NCBI GenBank assembly: GCA_010015805.1
Contig: ML978121.1
Location: 3,720,001 to 3,784,000, forward strand
DNA length: 64,000 nucleotides
Source of the DNA: Rhizodiscina lignyota
Taxonomy: Eukaryota
Direction: 5' to 3'
The translations under genes and the position numbers were made by a program. Shown here one piece after another: positions 48,961-62,489 of the stretch. Below the pieces are notes generated by a model. It made no database searches, was not told where the DNA came from, and saw only the letters and a program-made list of their open reading frames with translations. Each line of letters opens with the position of its first letter. The stretch's first letter is position 1.

Positions 48961-50807
48961 TTAGTTTTGGGAAAACATTTTCAAGCTTCCCAGCACCGAT
49001 TCGAGCTTCTCGGTACGTGTGGCGACCACGACAGCCGCTACAAACCCGAGGGCCGCCGTAAGCACCTGCCAACGTGAGATCCCAGATGCATGTGCCTTAT
49101 TCCACTCCCCAAACTCCTTTGACTTGCGATATGAGAAGTCTCTCCAAGGAACCCAAATGCTCCGCAACCAGTAGACGGTGGGCCAATCGGGATACATGAT
49201 CGTATTTTGCCCGGTCTGGGGTTCAATAAACCAGGAAGTGCATCCAGTTGCCCACACAAGATTCTTGCATCGCTTCTGCACCCAGTTCAGATCTCTTCTC
49301 TCTGCTTCCACAAGAACTGCGACTGAATCTGGATTGCGAGAGGCTTTCCCAGCATGGCGGGCTGATAGTGAGCGCATGATGGGAGCGATAACGCGCATGG
49401 TGAAGTTGACTTGGCACTCGACCGTATATATGACGGAAAGATGTCCTGTGAGCGTATTCGGACCCATCATTATGAAGAAATTGGGGAAGCCTGATACGCA
49501 AGTCCCGAAATATGCAGAAGATGCTCCTTCGCTGACTTGGCTCCACTAGATATTGTCAGCGATTGGAATTTACCCTGACAAGGAACCAACATACATGTTC
49601 ATTTAGGCTAACGCCATTTTCACCTCGAATCTCCATAGGGAACAAGAATTTGTGAGTCTCGAAGCCCGTTGCAAGGACGATTGCATCGGCAGAGACATGC
49701 CGTCCGCTTTTGGTAATAACCCCCGACGCCGCAATCCGTTCGACGGCATCGTCATAAATCAACTCAACGTTATCCCGATGCAAGCTGGTAAGATAGTGCG
49801 TATCATTAACACGCCTCTTGCAACCGATCTCTGTCTTGGGGACAAGAAAGTTCACATATTTCTGAGGCGCATTGCGACGGATGTATTCCGCTGTGTCTCT
49901 GGTGTCCTGCTCGCGCAGAGGGCGGCCAGATGTGATAGCAAAGCTCCTAAAGGTCAACTCTTTCTGCGCGAAGAGGTAGAAGCGGTAGGCTCGCATGACC
50001 CCGGGTATCCATCGCATCGTCCATTTAAAGAGGCTTGAGTATTCTGGATTGGACCAGGGAGCTAGCCAATGGCTTTGCCTGCTAAACTGAATCACCTTCT
50101 TTGCGGAGCCTTCGCCTTTGCTGATGATGGGGACGAATTGAGTTGCGCTGCACCCATTACCTGTGTAATGTTAATTGCATGCGAATGTGCCTTGACATAT
50201 CACTTACCTAGAACGATGACTTCCTTCCCCTTCCAATCAAAACTGTGATCCCATTCAGCGGAATGGAAAAGACGGCCATTAAAGCCTTCGGCGCCCGGTA
50301 CGTCGCATTTCTTCGGAATTGAGAGCGCCCCAACTGCGGAGACAAGGATTTTGCATCGTCGTTTGTGAATGGAATGGGTGCTGAGATCCTCGAACTCTAC
50401 CTGCCACACAGCTGCGACTGGATCCCACAAGGCTTGACGGACTGAAGACTTGAACCTGACATGGGGTAGGATTTTGTAATCTTCAGCGACATCCTTCAGG
50501 TACTTGTGGATCTCTGACTGCGAGGCAAAGAGCCTTGTCCAGCCCGGGTTGAGAGCGAATGAGAATGAGTAAAAATGAGACTGGACCTGTTGTGTGTGCG
50601 TTAGACCGGGCGGAAATTTTCAAGGAAAGAGGAACCAACATCGCAAGCACATCCAGGATAAGAGTTAAGCCACCATGTTCCGCCGATATTATCGCTCTTC
50701 TCAATGACCTCGAAATTACGAGTCCCGAATTTCTTCACGAGCTGTACCGCAGTCGCGAGGCCAGAAAGGCCAGCTCCAATAATGAGGACGTCTGAGTCGA
50801 GGGACAT
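48961..50807 (-). CDS. Baeyer-Villiger-type flavoprotein monooxygenase, multi-exon
   Basis: IIGAGLSG, GGTWWLNSYPGCACDV, BVMO fingerprint FNGRLFHSAEWD, spliced GNGCSATQ, GCKRRV, ATGF and FPNFFIMMGPN. C-terminal TM segment. Confidence 0.93.
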
Positions 50808-51579
50808 TGCGCTTGAACTTCAAGACAGCAGAAGACTCGAAAACAGTCCATTGGGGCCTATTTATGTATCTTCGCAAAACCCTCCCTCAACTCTTGAACA
50901 TTGGCTCGAAGAGGAAAACCGGGGGCCATTTGATGACCTCGAGGACGGTGGAGCATATCGGCTAAATTGCAATGCTGCGTCTCTCCACAGTCTTATTCGG
51001 GCAGGTATTATGATCATTGAGTGCGGTCGAGCTGTTCAGCCGAGCGATACTGTGTGGAATTGTTGTTGTTGACTAAATGGAAGATAGCAGGCCGGTAGTC
51101 AACAGGCACGCTTCAGTTGCCTTTCTGGCTGATGAGAGTTCAAGGAAATTGTGCCGAGCTCAATGAGAAAGTTCTCCGAGCGCAAGTCTTCCGACCGCCA
51201 CAGCAGCTAACGTGTCGCGGCATTCTCTGCACATAACGACAAACAAAACCCCCTTCAATGGTTTCGTCGCTTTCGATTTGTGCACAGTTTGTTTCCGGCT
51301 TCTTTCCAGTTCCTGCTTCCAATAGAAGCGTCACGTCAAAACACTTTCGATCCAGTTGCTACATAGAGTAATCCGTTCGGCTTGTTCAGCGGATTTACGC
51401 GATAATTTCACTGATTCTCGACTTCGCTTTAATCGGAACATAGAGACTGATGTCATCTATGATGTAGAACATAATTCAAGATTAGGGCTACAGCAGACTC
51501 CAATGTCAATATGATCTCTCGTGCCCGAGAACCAATCCGTCTGTTCTCTGTGAAAGCATGCTGCAATTGACTGGCCGCC

Positions 51580-52895
51580 TCAGGATTTCTCCAAGTCGAG
51601 AAGGAATATCCCATAGCCAACGCCTGCGAGGTCACCACTACGGCCAGCCTGGAAGGCCATTGTACGTGAATCGGGACTAATTACCGGATCTGCCGCCTTG
51701 TTACCTGTATAGCGGGGTGGCAAATTAGCACGCTACATTTTTGTCTTCGCAGTGATGGGATTACAAACCAACACAATCGCCGAAGTTTGTCAGGCGAGTG
51801 AAGTCGCTGCTATGAGGCTCCAGACGTAGCTTCCAGATGTCGATAGTATCATCACCATGGGACACTATCTGATCTTTGCCAGACTCTACGCAAGTATACT
51901 TGCCGTTAGGGAAGATACCCTCGACTTCGTTATACTGCCCCTGGACGTCACGGTAGATGGTAACCTTGGCCGATTAGCGACTCTTCATTAAGGATCCGAA
52001 TCGTGCGACCGGACTCAACTCACCTTGCCCGTCCGCAGATCGATACTGCGGACATTGGCGAGATTCCCCTGCAGAGCACGTACGGGCGTATAGCAAGTGT
52101 ATGTCAGCTCGTTATCATCATTGTGGAAGTCCTGGGGCTCCAGAAGGCAGTGCGGTGAAATGTCTCGTAGCACCTGTCTCTTATTGGCAACGCCAACTGT
52201 GCCGTTCTTGTTATAGACGATGTCAGCAACATAGATGGCCGTTTCGCCTTCGATTAGATCATCGGGATTGTTCTCATAGTTTTGAGCCCAGGCGATCCTA
52301 AGATTAAGCAAGCGAATTAGCATTTGGAACGATCCATTCTGCGTGACGGAACGCGTACCGATTCCTCAAACGGGAGATCGCGATACCTTCCCAGATTAAT
52401 TGGTTCAAAGGGAGAGGCTGTGCGGTCGCGGCGCCTTTCTTCAAGACCCATATCTCTTGTCTGGTGTCACGAGTCACGTCTGCATCCACGTATCTGCTCA
52501 CTCTATGTTAGCAAGCACAGCTCCTCCTGCTCACGAGCGGTACCTCACGAGCGAGCTCCAAGCAGTATGTAGTCACCGTTCGGAAGATACTGCACACGAA
52601 GATAGCCTGGATTTGGAAAGTGGGTGAGCAGTGATATCTCCTTCGTCTTCAGGTCTATTTCGAACGCGTCTCCATAGCTCTTATCCATAAAACCAATCTT
52701 TTTGCCGTCAGGTGACCATGAGGCACGTTCCCCGAAGACGGTAAGCTGCTGAACGTTCTTGGGCAGAACTGGTCTGTTATCCGCCGTGCATGCGCCAGGT
52801 TTGCTCTTTGCCTGCCTGGCCACCAATGGGGAGGCCGCCGCGGCGAGGACAAGCGTAAGTGACACCGCCAAGGCACGTTTCAGGATCGAAATCAT
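51580..52895 (-). CDS. Secreted TolB-like beta-propeller protein, 5 exons
   Basis: Signal peptide, QLTVFGERASWSPDGKKIGF, YNEVEGIFPNGKY, DIWKLRL, ADPVISPDSRTMAFQ and GVGYGIFLLD. Four GT-AG introns traced in frame. Confidence 0.8.
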
Positions 52896-54404
52896 CGTCA
52901 ATGAATCGGTCAATCAGAGTCGGACAGATTCGACGTAGTACGCTTTTCTTGTTACCCAAAGCGTGTCTTCTTTGCAGCGGCAAGGTCAGGTTGATAGTCA
53001 CTAAAGACGTTGTCGAGTGCAGGCACAACTGATATCTCCTGTGAATATCAGTCAAAGTACACATTCTTATACAAATATTCTGATTCGAACCTTTTCATAT
53101 CGATCACGAACTCCCCGATGACCCCTCAATGCATATTGCCGATTATTCTCCCCCGCGTCTTGGCTTTCAATATTCATTGCGAGTTTCCTGGATGGCGTCT
53201 TTCGCGTGTTTGCATTCGAACAGCACATTGGTACCAGGAAGGTTGTGGCGCAAGAAATTCCGGGGATCGTTGCTCCGCCTCGAATCGAAGTAGATCCGGG
53301 GCATCTATTACTGGCCAATCATTTCTGCGAGTTTCCGATGCAGACTTTCGAAGTCCCTGATAGTCCTCCAAAGCAGTCATCTAAATGTGGCATGCTTAAG
53401 TGTCGTCTCTTACAAGCATGACTAACTTCCTCGACATCAACTCCGCCGATTACAAAGATATGAATGGGCAATAAATCCAAGCGACAAGAGAAAGCAAGGG
53501 AAAACGTGATAGACAATGATGTCGTATATTAGGATTCAGGATAATAATGGGTAGAAGACCCTGAGATGAAGTGAGATTAAAGGTTACCTCAATAGGGAAG
53601 TATGTGGTGCCTTGTCGACATCAATTAGGGGCTCTGCTGCCGGGAAGTGAGTCCGGAAAATGAATCAAACAGACTCTAACATCTAGTTTAGTGGAGAAGG
53701 AGCGGGGAAGCAGAAGAATCAGTTATCCCAAGGGCTGAAGAGGTGAGGTTCGGAAGGTGGTCGCTACGCTAAGATATTCACAGTCTATGCCTAATTCGGC
53801 TCTCCGCCGAAACCCATATACATGCCAAGACAGCACTCCTCTTCCTTCCACCTCACCATGCACGGCATTTATCCTCTCGGCTTGTTTGGGGCCGTTTTCA
53901 GTATCGTATTCGGTCGAGTTTCTTCCGCTGTTTCACGAAGAAGGCGATGACTCGTTAGTCTTATGCGTCTGCGTTTACGATACTCTATGTGTTGGCGAAG
54001 TTGCCTGTTTTCAGGGGCTGCTGAAAAGTCTCCGCGATCTCGTCCACACCGAAGGCGTATAAAACCGAATAGCACCCGGAGTTCATCCGTTGCTAGGCTC
54101 CAGAGAACATCAGCTCTGCCTGGACGTAGATCATGAATGCATCGAGCGAAGAGCAGGCGCCAACAAAACGATGAAGAATTGATCTCAACTTCGGAAACGT
54201 TCTGCTCTACGAAATTGCGAAAAGGCACTTCTCCGTCAATTCCTGGCTTGCATAGACCTTTTAACCGATATAGTTTCAAAATTCTCTCGTACGGCCGTAC
54301 TTATTAACTGCTATGATATGGAACAGAAGCTCAGCTCGCCTACAACGTTCTGACACTGTTAGAGCTTGTTTAGTTTTACTTCCATTCATCTCATCCATGC
54401 AATA

Positions 54405-55306
54405 ATGGAGCAATCCAGGAAGGAGCCAGTCTATCCTCCGCCCCAAGCGATCCATCACGAATTGCGGAACGCCGAGAATAGCGCTGGTCATGTCATGGCG
54501 AAGCTGCACTCCATGCGAGAGATTAATCCGCATCTGGCCATCCTGGACGTCGGCGCCGGCTCTGGAACTATTTCAGTGACCCTCGCAAAGGCTATTACTG
54601 ATGGCCATGTCACTGCTATCGACCTCAACCCAGAAATCCTGCCGAGGGCTCGAGCTATCGCCGAGATATCAGGTATAAATAACATCGAATTCCAGCAGGG
54701 CGATGCCTACAAGCTTCCATTCGCCGACGAGACATTCGATATCACGTACTGCCATCAAATGCTTACCCATTTGAAGGCGCCGCAGGATGCACTGCGCGAG
54801 ATGCTGAGAGTGACAAAGCCGAGAGGCATCGTCGCAGCTCGTGAGGGTGATCTCGAAACAGAATGCGTCTGGCCTGAATTACCTGGGGTACTCAAGTTCC
54901 ACAAGTTCGCTGCGGACATGATGAGTGCTGCCGGAGGAACTCCAATAGGGGGTCGGCAGTTGCTTCCTTGGGCGCTCAAGGCGGGTGTGAAGCGTGACCA
55001 GATCACGGTCAGCTATGGAACTTGGTCGTTCAGTACACCGAGGGAAAAGGAAACATGGGGTAGGTTGGTTCTCTGTCTGCTAGAAGACTCTCTGGAGATA
55101 TGAGTACGTTTCTAACGAGGACTATGCTTTCAGCCCAGGCAATGGCGGAGCGAGTTCGAGGCGGTCGATTGCGCGAAGGAGGTCTCAAATCTGGACTGAC
55201 TACGGAGAATGACCTTGAGGAAATGGCTACTGATTGGGAGAAATGGGCGCAGAGAGATGATGCAAGTTTGGCAATGATGCAGGGAGAGGTCCTCATCCAG
55301 AAATAG
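54405..55306 (+). CDS. SAM-dependent methyltransferase (UbiE/Methyltransf_31-like), 2 exons
   Basis: RNAENSA, ILDVGAGSGTI, LPFADETFDI.YCHQ.L.H and LREMLRVTKP.G. Intron 55060-55133. Confidence 0.9.
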
Positions 55307-55634
55307 CGCTGAGGGCGACGTAAGTATCCGCCGCTGACCAAAATCGAGAAGAATTTGTAGGAGAGACAACGTAGATGCTCAAGCAAACAGTTGAGATTCT
55401 TCATGCATGCATTATAGCTACCGATGCACCCGCTTTACCGCTGCTGAAGTACCCGTTTTTTATATGCCTGCGTACCAATTTTTTAACTGCCCTCTTAAGA
55501 ATGTTTTTCGTACATATCCTCGTCGATCCATTTCTCATTGGGGTGGCGTATCGGGTATAGATGAATGTTCCGACGTATAACTTACCTTTCAAATTTATAG
55601 GGGCAGGAAAGGAGTGACAGCCATATCATATCAT

Positions 55635-55804
55635 GGCGCTCTGAGTTTTTTCTCGCTTATACCGCACTAAAGTTCGCCTATACCTCGCTAAAACTCGGTC
55701 GAGCGTGAGTACGGTCAGCCCCACATCGGTGATTATCGATACCGAGCTTTAGCGAGGTATATGCGAATTTTAGCGAGGTATAGACGAGCAAAAATCTGAG
55801 CTCC
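55635..55804. mobile_element. MITE-like foldback element with about 62-bp imperfect inverted arms
   Basis: Left arm 55638-55699 (gctctgagttttttctcgcttataccgcactaaagttcgcctatacctcgctaaaactcggt) matches the reverse complement of 55741-55801 (gctcagatttttgctcgtctatacctcgctaaaattcgcatatacctcgctaaagctcggt). No clean TSD seen. Confidence 0.6.
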
Positions 55805-55881
55805 TAGTCTAAGGAGTCCAACCCCATCGCTACCTCTTCCTCTCTCTACCTATTTGGCCAGATCGCTTTTAAGAGCCTGCG

Positions 55882-58076
55882 ATGCTAATCCAACGGCCAA
55901 ATTCTGCAGTTCTATGTCCGCATTGCACCAACCTCGCATCATTGCTTGTTGATATAAGTCAGACACCGAAGCCCGGCAATGCTCATACCAAATGGTGGGA
56001 CGAAACGTATGGTAAGATTAGAAGTATCCAAGGCATCACGCCCGATACTTGTCAACTATGCCGCATATTGCAGAGGGCATTTGCAAGAATTCCAGGCTTT
56101 AACCCAGCAGATACAAAGATCAACATTTCTAACCGTACGCTCGCCAAATATAAAGGCTTAGAGCACAGTGCATGCGAGTTTCAGGCATGTGGAGCCCGAT
56201 TGGCTTTGGCACCAATAATTCCCGTTGTGAAAACAGATGATGGAGAAGATGTGCACGCTTTTACGGGCCGCTTTGTGTTGAAGTTTATGAACCCGTTGCT
56301 TACGAGGAATTGGATGGACAGATGCGAGAAGCATGCTGGATGTAGACCGGACCACTCTTCGAAGGACTTCGACTTTCCATTCCGCCTCATTGATGTACAA
56401 AAAGGACGACTAGTAGAGGCGCCCGCGGATTCCCGCTATGTGGCGTTGAGTTATGTCTGGGGCAGCGTGAAGCAGGTCCTGTTGAATAAGACAACGCGAA
56501 AGTTTCTAGAGCAAGAGGGATCCATAAGTGTAAGCGGACTGAAAGAACCGCAAGAGGAATATACACAACTTGGAAAAGAACTGGAAGGGCGAGTCATTCC
56601 GCGAACAATTCGAGATGCCATCCTGCTCTGCCAGCTCTTGAACGAACGATACCTTTGGACTGACTCTTTATGCATTTTGCAAGACGACGATTTTCAAGAG
56701 AGGAACGGAGCATGGACCAACGCAGATAAATTAGCACAGATTCCGAAAATGGATATCATCTACGGCGCGTCCGTTCTCACCGTCATCGCGGCATGCGGCA
56801 CAGATTCCAATGCAGGCCTTCCGGGTGTGCATATCAGCGATACACGAACAACACAAGTCGTAGGCAAAATTGGCGACCAGATCTTTGTGTCTGTTGCTGA
56901 GGACCCACTCGACGAGTTCTGGCGATCGAAATGGAGCGAGCGGGCATGGACGTTTCAAGAGTTTCTATTATCTAAACGGCACCTGATCTTTCTCTCCGAA
57001 CAGGTGGTTTTTCATTGTAGCACGATCTCGTGGTCCGAAGACCATTCCCTCGAGTATGTCGACGACCCGGAAACCGTTATGGCAGTTCCTGCGTGGACAA
57101 GATCGTATAGACTTCGTCCACTGCAGTTGCCTGATACTTCCAAGTTGCTACCGAGCAACTTCGTCCCAGCGCTCTTTATTAACGAGTATTACAATTTATG
57201 GCTGAAGGATTTTCTCAAGAGGCAGCTCACAGTCACATCCGATATCTTATTCGCGTTTGACGGAGCACTTTCAGCCTCAAACCGCCATCTCGGCAGGTTC
57301 TATCACGGGCTACCAGTCGAATACTTCTGCGAATGTCTGCACTGGCTTGTTGGTATAAGCTCCATGCACTCGGCGAACAGTAAGGAGCAACACCAGGGGC
57401 TCACACGGCGCAGGCAGGGCTTCCCTGGTCCTGGACAGGCTGGATGTGGGATGTAGCGAGTTTCGAAGAATTCAACACCAACTATCAAAGGAAGACTCCA
57501 GCACATTGGTGCCGAGTTGGTGTTTGGGGCACGAAGGTCTTAACAGACGGAGATGTAGAGCTTTGGAAAATAAGCTCTCCCGATGTGAAAGGCTGGGAAC
57601 GGTTGGAGTTCTTTCCAAGCCCAGCCTTCCAGGTAGACGATGAGTTCATCATCAGCGAGCCACAAAACAGCCTTGAGATTGTCAAGAAATCATCGATACC
57701 ATCGAATTGCCTCGTCATAAAAACCGTCACCTCCTTCGTTTACATTAGCTCTGAACGCCAAAGCAAATGGAGCGCAGCACTCCAAACCTTCTCCTCTACC
57801 GACTTCACTCCCGAAAATCTCATTGGTGGGATCCACTTCCCGAACAAATGGCAAGACAAGATTAAGGACCGTCTACAAGTTATCATTACAGGCAGTTATT
57901 TCTACGGCCCTGATCCGAGATGGCCGGACAAGACGGATGAGATGGACCCGATGATTGACTGTCTGGTGGTTGAACCGGTCGGAGATGGGCAGATGGAGAG
58001 ATTGATAAGTTTTGTTACGCGGTTCTCGCAGGTGAGGAAGTTGGTGTGGGCCCCAATTGTTGCAGTATTGCGATAA
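55882..58076 (+). pseudogene. HET-domain (heterokaryon incompatibility) protein gene with a frameshift at about 57424
   Basis: FRLIDV, YVALSYVWG, IPRTIRDAI, RYLWTDSLCILQDD, MDIIY and W.ERAWTFQE. The FP(S)WSWxGW motif is split across frames at ttccctggtcctggacaggctgg. Confidence 0.8.
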
Positions 58077-58634
58077 AGTAGAGGATATGAACTATTCTGC
58101 ATTTGTATGCACAACTTATGAGGAATTGGGAATATCCATCTCAACCAAATTAGGAATAGGGTCTTGGCATTTCAGGAGTTTAAAACTCTCCGTTCGCAAC
58201 TTGGAATCAGCACTTCTCACGCTCACTATTACATAACAAGGCTGAACCTCCACTGAGGCGGGAACGCATTTTATACTCCCTGTGATTCCATATCCCTTCC
58301 ATGGTGAAAAAATTGATGTTCGCGAGATGTATTTGCAGGATCGTGGAGAGTCAGCCTATCGGAGATGTTTCAGCAACGCCGCGGAAAGGTATCCCACTTG
58401 CCATATGAGGGAAGTCCATGCGAATTCGACGGTTTGGAGTTCGGAGCTCGCAAAGAGTGGAGGAACGATACGCCTTGCATAACTGCAGGCGGGTGCCTTG
58501 ATAGCCCCTCTAGGCACTATCGAAGTGCAATTGATAGCGGCAGAGCGGCAGCATGATGTATGCTTTATCACGTCTCGTTTCATCTCCCTCCTTCAGTTCT
58601 TCTCATTCCTCTGGCCCGTATCGAGTTTGTGAGA

Positions 58635-61168
58635 ATGACGCTCTTGGGCAGGCACGCGATACTCGCGTCTTCAGCGTTTCTTTTCCTGTTTGTCGTATTA
58701 TTTACATTCCGCCCTGTCTTTAAACTCCCGGAACATCCTTATCAGGCGTCCCGTCCTACCCCAGATACGTGCCATCGGTGCAGTGCGCCGAGAAAGAACA
58801 TCTGGGCGGACTTGAGCGAAGGTGAAGCAGATGAGCTTCTCGAATATCTCTACTCCGGCCCAAATGACCTCAATTTGACGCGATCTGAGAAGGCCACTGC
58901 ATGGGATAATCATGTAGCTTTCGTCGAAGTGCTACCACCTAACAAGACCGACGCTATCAAATATTTAGAAGGCACCGATGCTCCTCCAGCAAGATGGGCT
59001 CGCATATCAGTGAACAATGGCTCAACGGAGCAAGCTGGGATTTACCAGTACATGGTCGGGCCGCTGCCAACAACTCAAGAAACAATCATCCAGCCACTTC
59101 TGTATTGTTACAACTCTGGAAGACATTATGTCCGAAATCCTCTGCCGAATATGGAAGATATCACAGAATGGTTCGCGGCGACTGGAGAAGAGTTGTCAGA
59201 TATCATGGACGATCTCATCCCGGGCGTCAGAAATCCATCTAATTTACCCGACGCCCCGCCATTGATGGGCGTGACCCGCCCAGCCGTTTTCAATGACGAC
59301 GGGGTCGTGGTGAGCTGGGCACAAGTCCACGGGCCCGGCGTGAGGTTTGATGCTTGGTCACTCAACCCTCAAGGAATCTACTGCAAGTTTGAGATTGCCG
59401 GAAGGGACAAGAGCCAGTGGAAGATAACGCAATGGTACTACAATGGCGAGTTCTACAATTCTACTCAAGATTTCCGCCAGGCCTGGAAAGAACCCGGATT
59501 CAAGAAGCTCCCGCCTAATCACGACGGCAAATGGACTGCCGCTCAGCCCGACCAGCAGGGCCTTGCCAGCCGAGCCGAAGCTGGTCCGGTAATGGTCCAA
59601 CCTGCAGGTGGTCGTTTCGCTGTAGACGAGAGGGAGAAGTTCGTCTCGTGGATGGGGTTCGAGTTCTATCTCTCAACTATGCAGGCAACAGCCCTCAGCC
59701 TCTGGGATATCAAATTCCGAGGCGATCGTGTGATCTACGAGATCACACTCCAGGAAGCCTTTGCGCACTACGCTGGTGCAGACCCCATGCAAGCCGGGAT
59801 GATCTGGTTAGATACTCTCTTTGGCATGGGATTCAATATGTACGAGTTGGTGCCTGGATACGACTGCCCGCCATATGCAACTTATCTGTCCACTTCCTTC
59901 CAGCAAAAGGACAAGACTGTATTTCGGAACAACAGTATATGCATTTTCGAGTACACCGCCGATCATCCGCTACAGCGTCACACGACGCCGAGGCAGACGA
60001 CGATCTCACGCAACACATACCTGGTAGTGCGCTCTGTCTCAACTGTCGGCAATTACGATTACACAATTGACTACCAATTCTACCTCGACGGCACAATCGA
60101 AGTCAAGCTGCGCGCATCAGGCTACATCTTCGGCGCATACCATCCTCAGAACTCCAAAGCAAAGCGCGACATCCTTCAATACACCTACGGCTACCAAGTC
60201 CATGACCAGGTCGCAACCAGCATGCACGACCACGGAATTAGCTTTAAAGCCGACGTCGATGTCGCCGGCTCCGCCAACAGCATGGTCAAGCTTGACATCG
60301 CCCCGTACACGCATCAGTACGATTTCGACTCGGACCCAAGAAATACAATGCGTCTGAAGCAGTCGACGCTTGAGAAGGAACAAGGCTTCAATTGGCCGCC
60401 GAACGCGAATGCGATGTACATCATTTTAAACAATGACACAACAAATTCGTGGGGAGAGAAGAGAGGCTATCGCATTACGCCAGGCACTGGTATGGGAATA
60501 CCACCGCACTTGACTGTGAAGGATTCGACTGCGATGGGTAACGCAGCGAAGTGGTCGGATAAGGACCTTTGGGTTCTGCGCCAGAAAGATGGAGAGAGAA
60601 GAGGCGCAAGCGAATACAACGCCATGGAGCCTCTGGATCCACTTATTGATTTCTCGAAAATGGTCGATGATGAAGGCATTGTGCAAGAAGACTTGTGAGT
60701 ACTCCGATATGAAACTCTGAGACACCATTTGTGTCCTGCGAATAAAGACCTGAGATTTGCTCACATCGTATTGACAGGGTCGTGTACTTCACTCTCGGAA
60801 CACACCACATCTCGCATTCCGGCGACATCCCAAATACGCTCATGCATACGTCGGCAACATCTGTGATCTTCACACCCCACAATTTCCACGACAGAGATCC
60901 GAGCCGTGAGTCAGCCCAAGGTGTGCGACTGGACTTGAATGGCGCTGGAAAGGGCGCAAACGTCACGTATTTCGGCGCGCGTTATGAGAAGGGAGTGAAG
61001 CTAGATTTGGTAAGTCTCCCTATCAGCCATGGGAAGAACTGCCAGAGAGTGAGAAGTAGGGAGTGCTGATTTCTGTAGGATGCCGTTGAACCTGATCTAT
61101 CCAAGTACAGTGCGCCAGATCAAGGCATGATGGTGCTGGCTTGGAATGAGACGCTAGCCGGATTGTGA
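58635..61168 (+). CDS. Copper amine oxidase (TPQ), N-terminal signal/anchor, 3 exons
   Basis: TVGNYDY TPQ motif, HDH copper ligands, third His in LGTHHISH.GDIPNT, and WLD catalytic Asp. Introns 60695-60777 and 61010-61078. Confidence 0.94.
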
Positions 61169-62489
61169 AACACCAGTGCACAGTGGAGAGCACACGCTGC
61201 CATCGTGATCATATCTAAGCAACGAGCAGTATGACGAATAGTAGTTGAATAAACGTGACGACTGTGAGTGGCTTAGAGCTGAGAAGCGACTTTGCCCATC
61301 AAAAGATTATTAATGAACTCCTGGTTTTCTCATACGTCACTGACGACTTTCCAGCAGAGATTATTAGACATCTCATTAGTCTTCTCATCGCGCTTAGTAT
61401 CATTTTATGTACAAATATTGAGAATGTAGCAATGTTGGCTCACCTCACAGCGTGGATCCGAACATCGGCTTAAGTTTAACGCGTCTGTGCATGGATGTGC
61501 ATCGTCAAGCCCTTATTTATACTTATAATTTGCTCATAAATCGCCAGCAAATTCCTATATTGGCACATACTCAGCTTTTGCAGATGTCGGACGATGCCTA
61601 GTAAAAGGAAATGACGACGAGGCCGCTATTAGTTTGCGCTGTTAGCGTCCACGGTACCGTTCTAATAGGCGAGCTAGGAGACCTTAGTGATAACATAAAC
61701 GCTTTGAGTAGGATCGTTGGTGATTGAGTTTCAGATGTGACTTCTACTGCCGCTACAATCGAGTATGCGGCTTTGGCAAGGAGGAGCTGCATATTTGTAT
61801 GAGTAGAGGCCGGTTGGAATATTGCATGGAGACGATTCGAAACTTACCTTTCGGTATACCACAGGGAGCCGTCCAGATTTACTAATAGCCAGGGTTAAAT
61901 GAAGGCTGCCCTGCATCCTCGCGCTTGGTGTTATTTTGTGTTTAGATATTGAGAGTGTAAGGTACCACTTGCTTCACCTCACATCGTAGATCGGAACTTC
62001 GACTGAACCGGTGGGTATCCAGGGTAACCACGGTCCAGGTTGGACGTACCTAACCGCAGGTGCGTTGAGTACCCGAATCGGATCACTGGATGCATGTTGC
62101 TAGGGGAAGGGGAATCCTTGGCACAGACTAATAAACAGTTTCTCTGAAAATGCACACGCGTTAGGAATCATCGCTCCGTAAAATTCTGAGGCATTTTGTA
62201 TGAGCATAAAGGTTAGCGCTTACAAAACGTTGGTCATGTTTTTCACATTCTCCACCGAAAGAGATTTTACGTCACCGTGGCCTGCCGAAACGCGCACTCG
62301 TACGACAAGCACGGCCTCTTTCCTTCCTTCATCAACTATTTCGCCGCACAATGGAGACAAACATAGGAGTATGAATTTGAGGCCTTCACTCTTTCGGTCC
62401 AAGTAACTTACATTGATACTTCAGATGTCCCACCTTGCCGTTCTCGACGACTTTCTTTAAACGTGTCCAATCCCTGGCGACGATCAACG

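Noticed and set aside
53869..54279. 136-aa minus-strand ORF
   Set aside because: Non-ATG start and no recognisable domain; a relic cannot be excluded.
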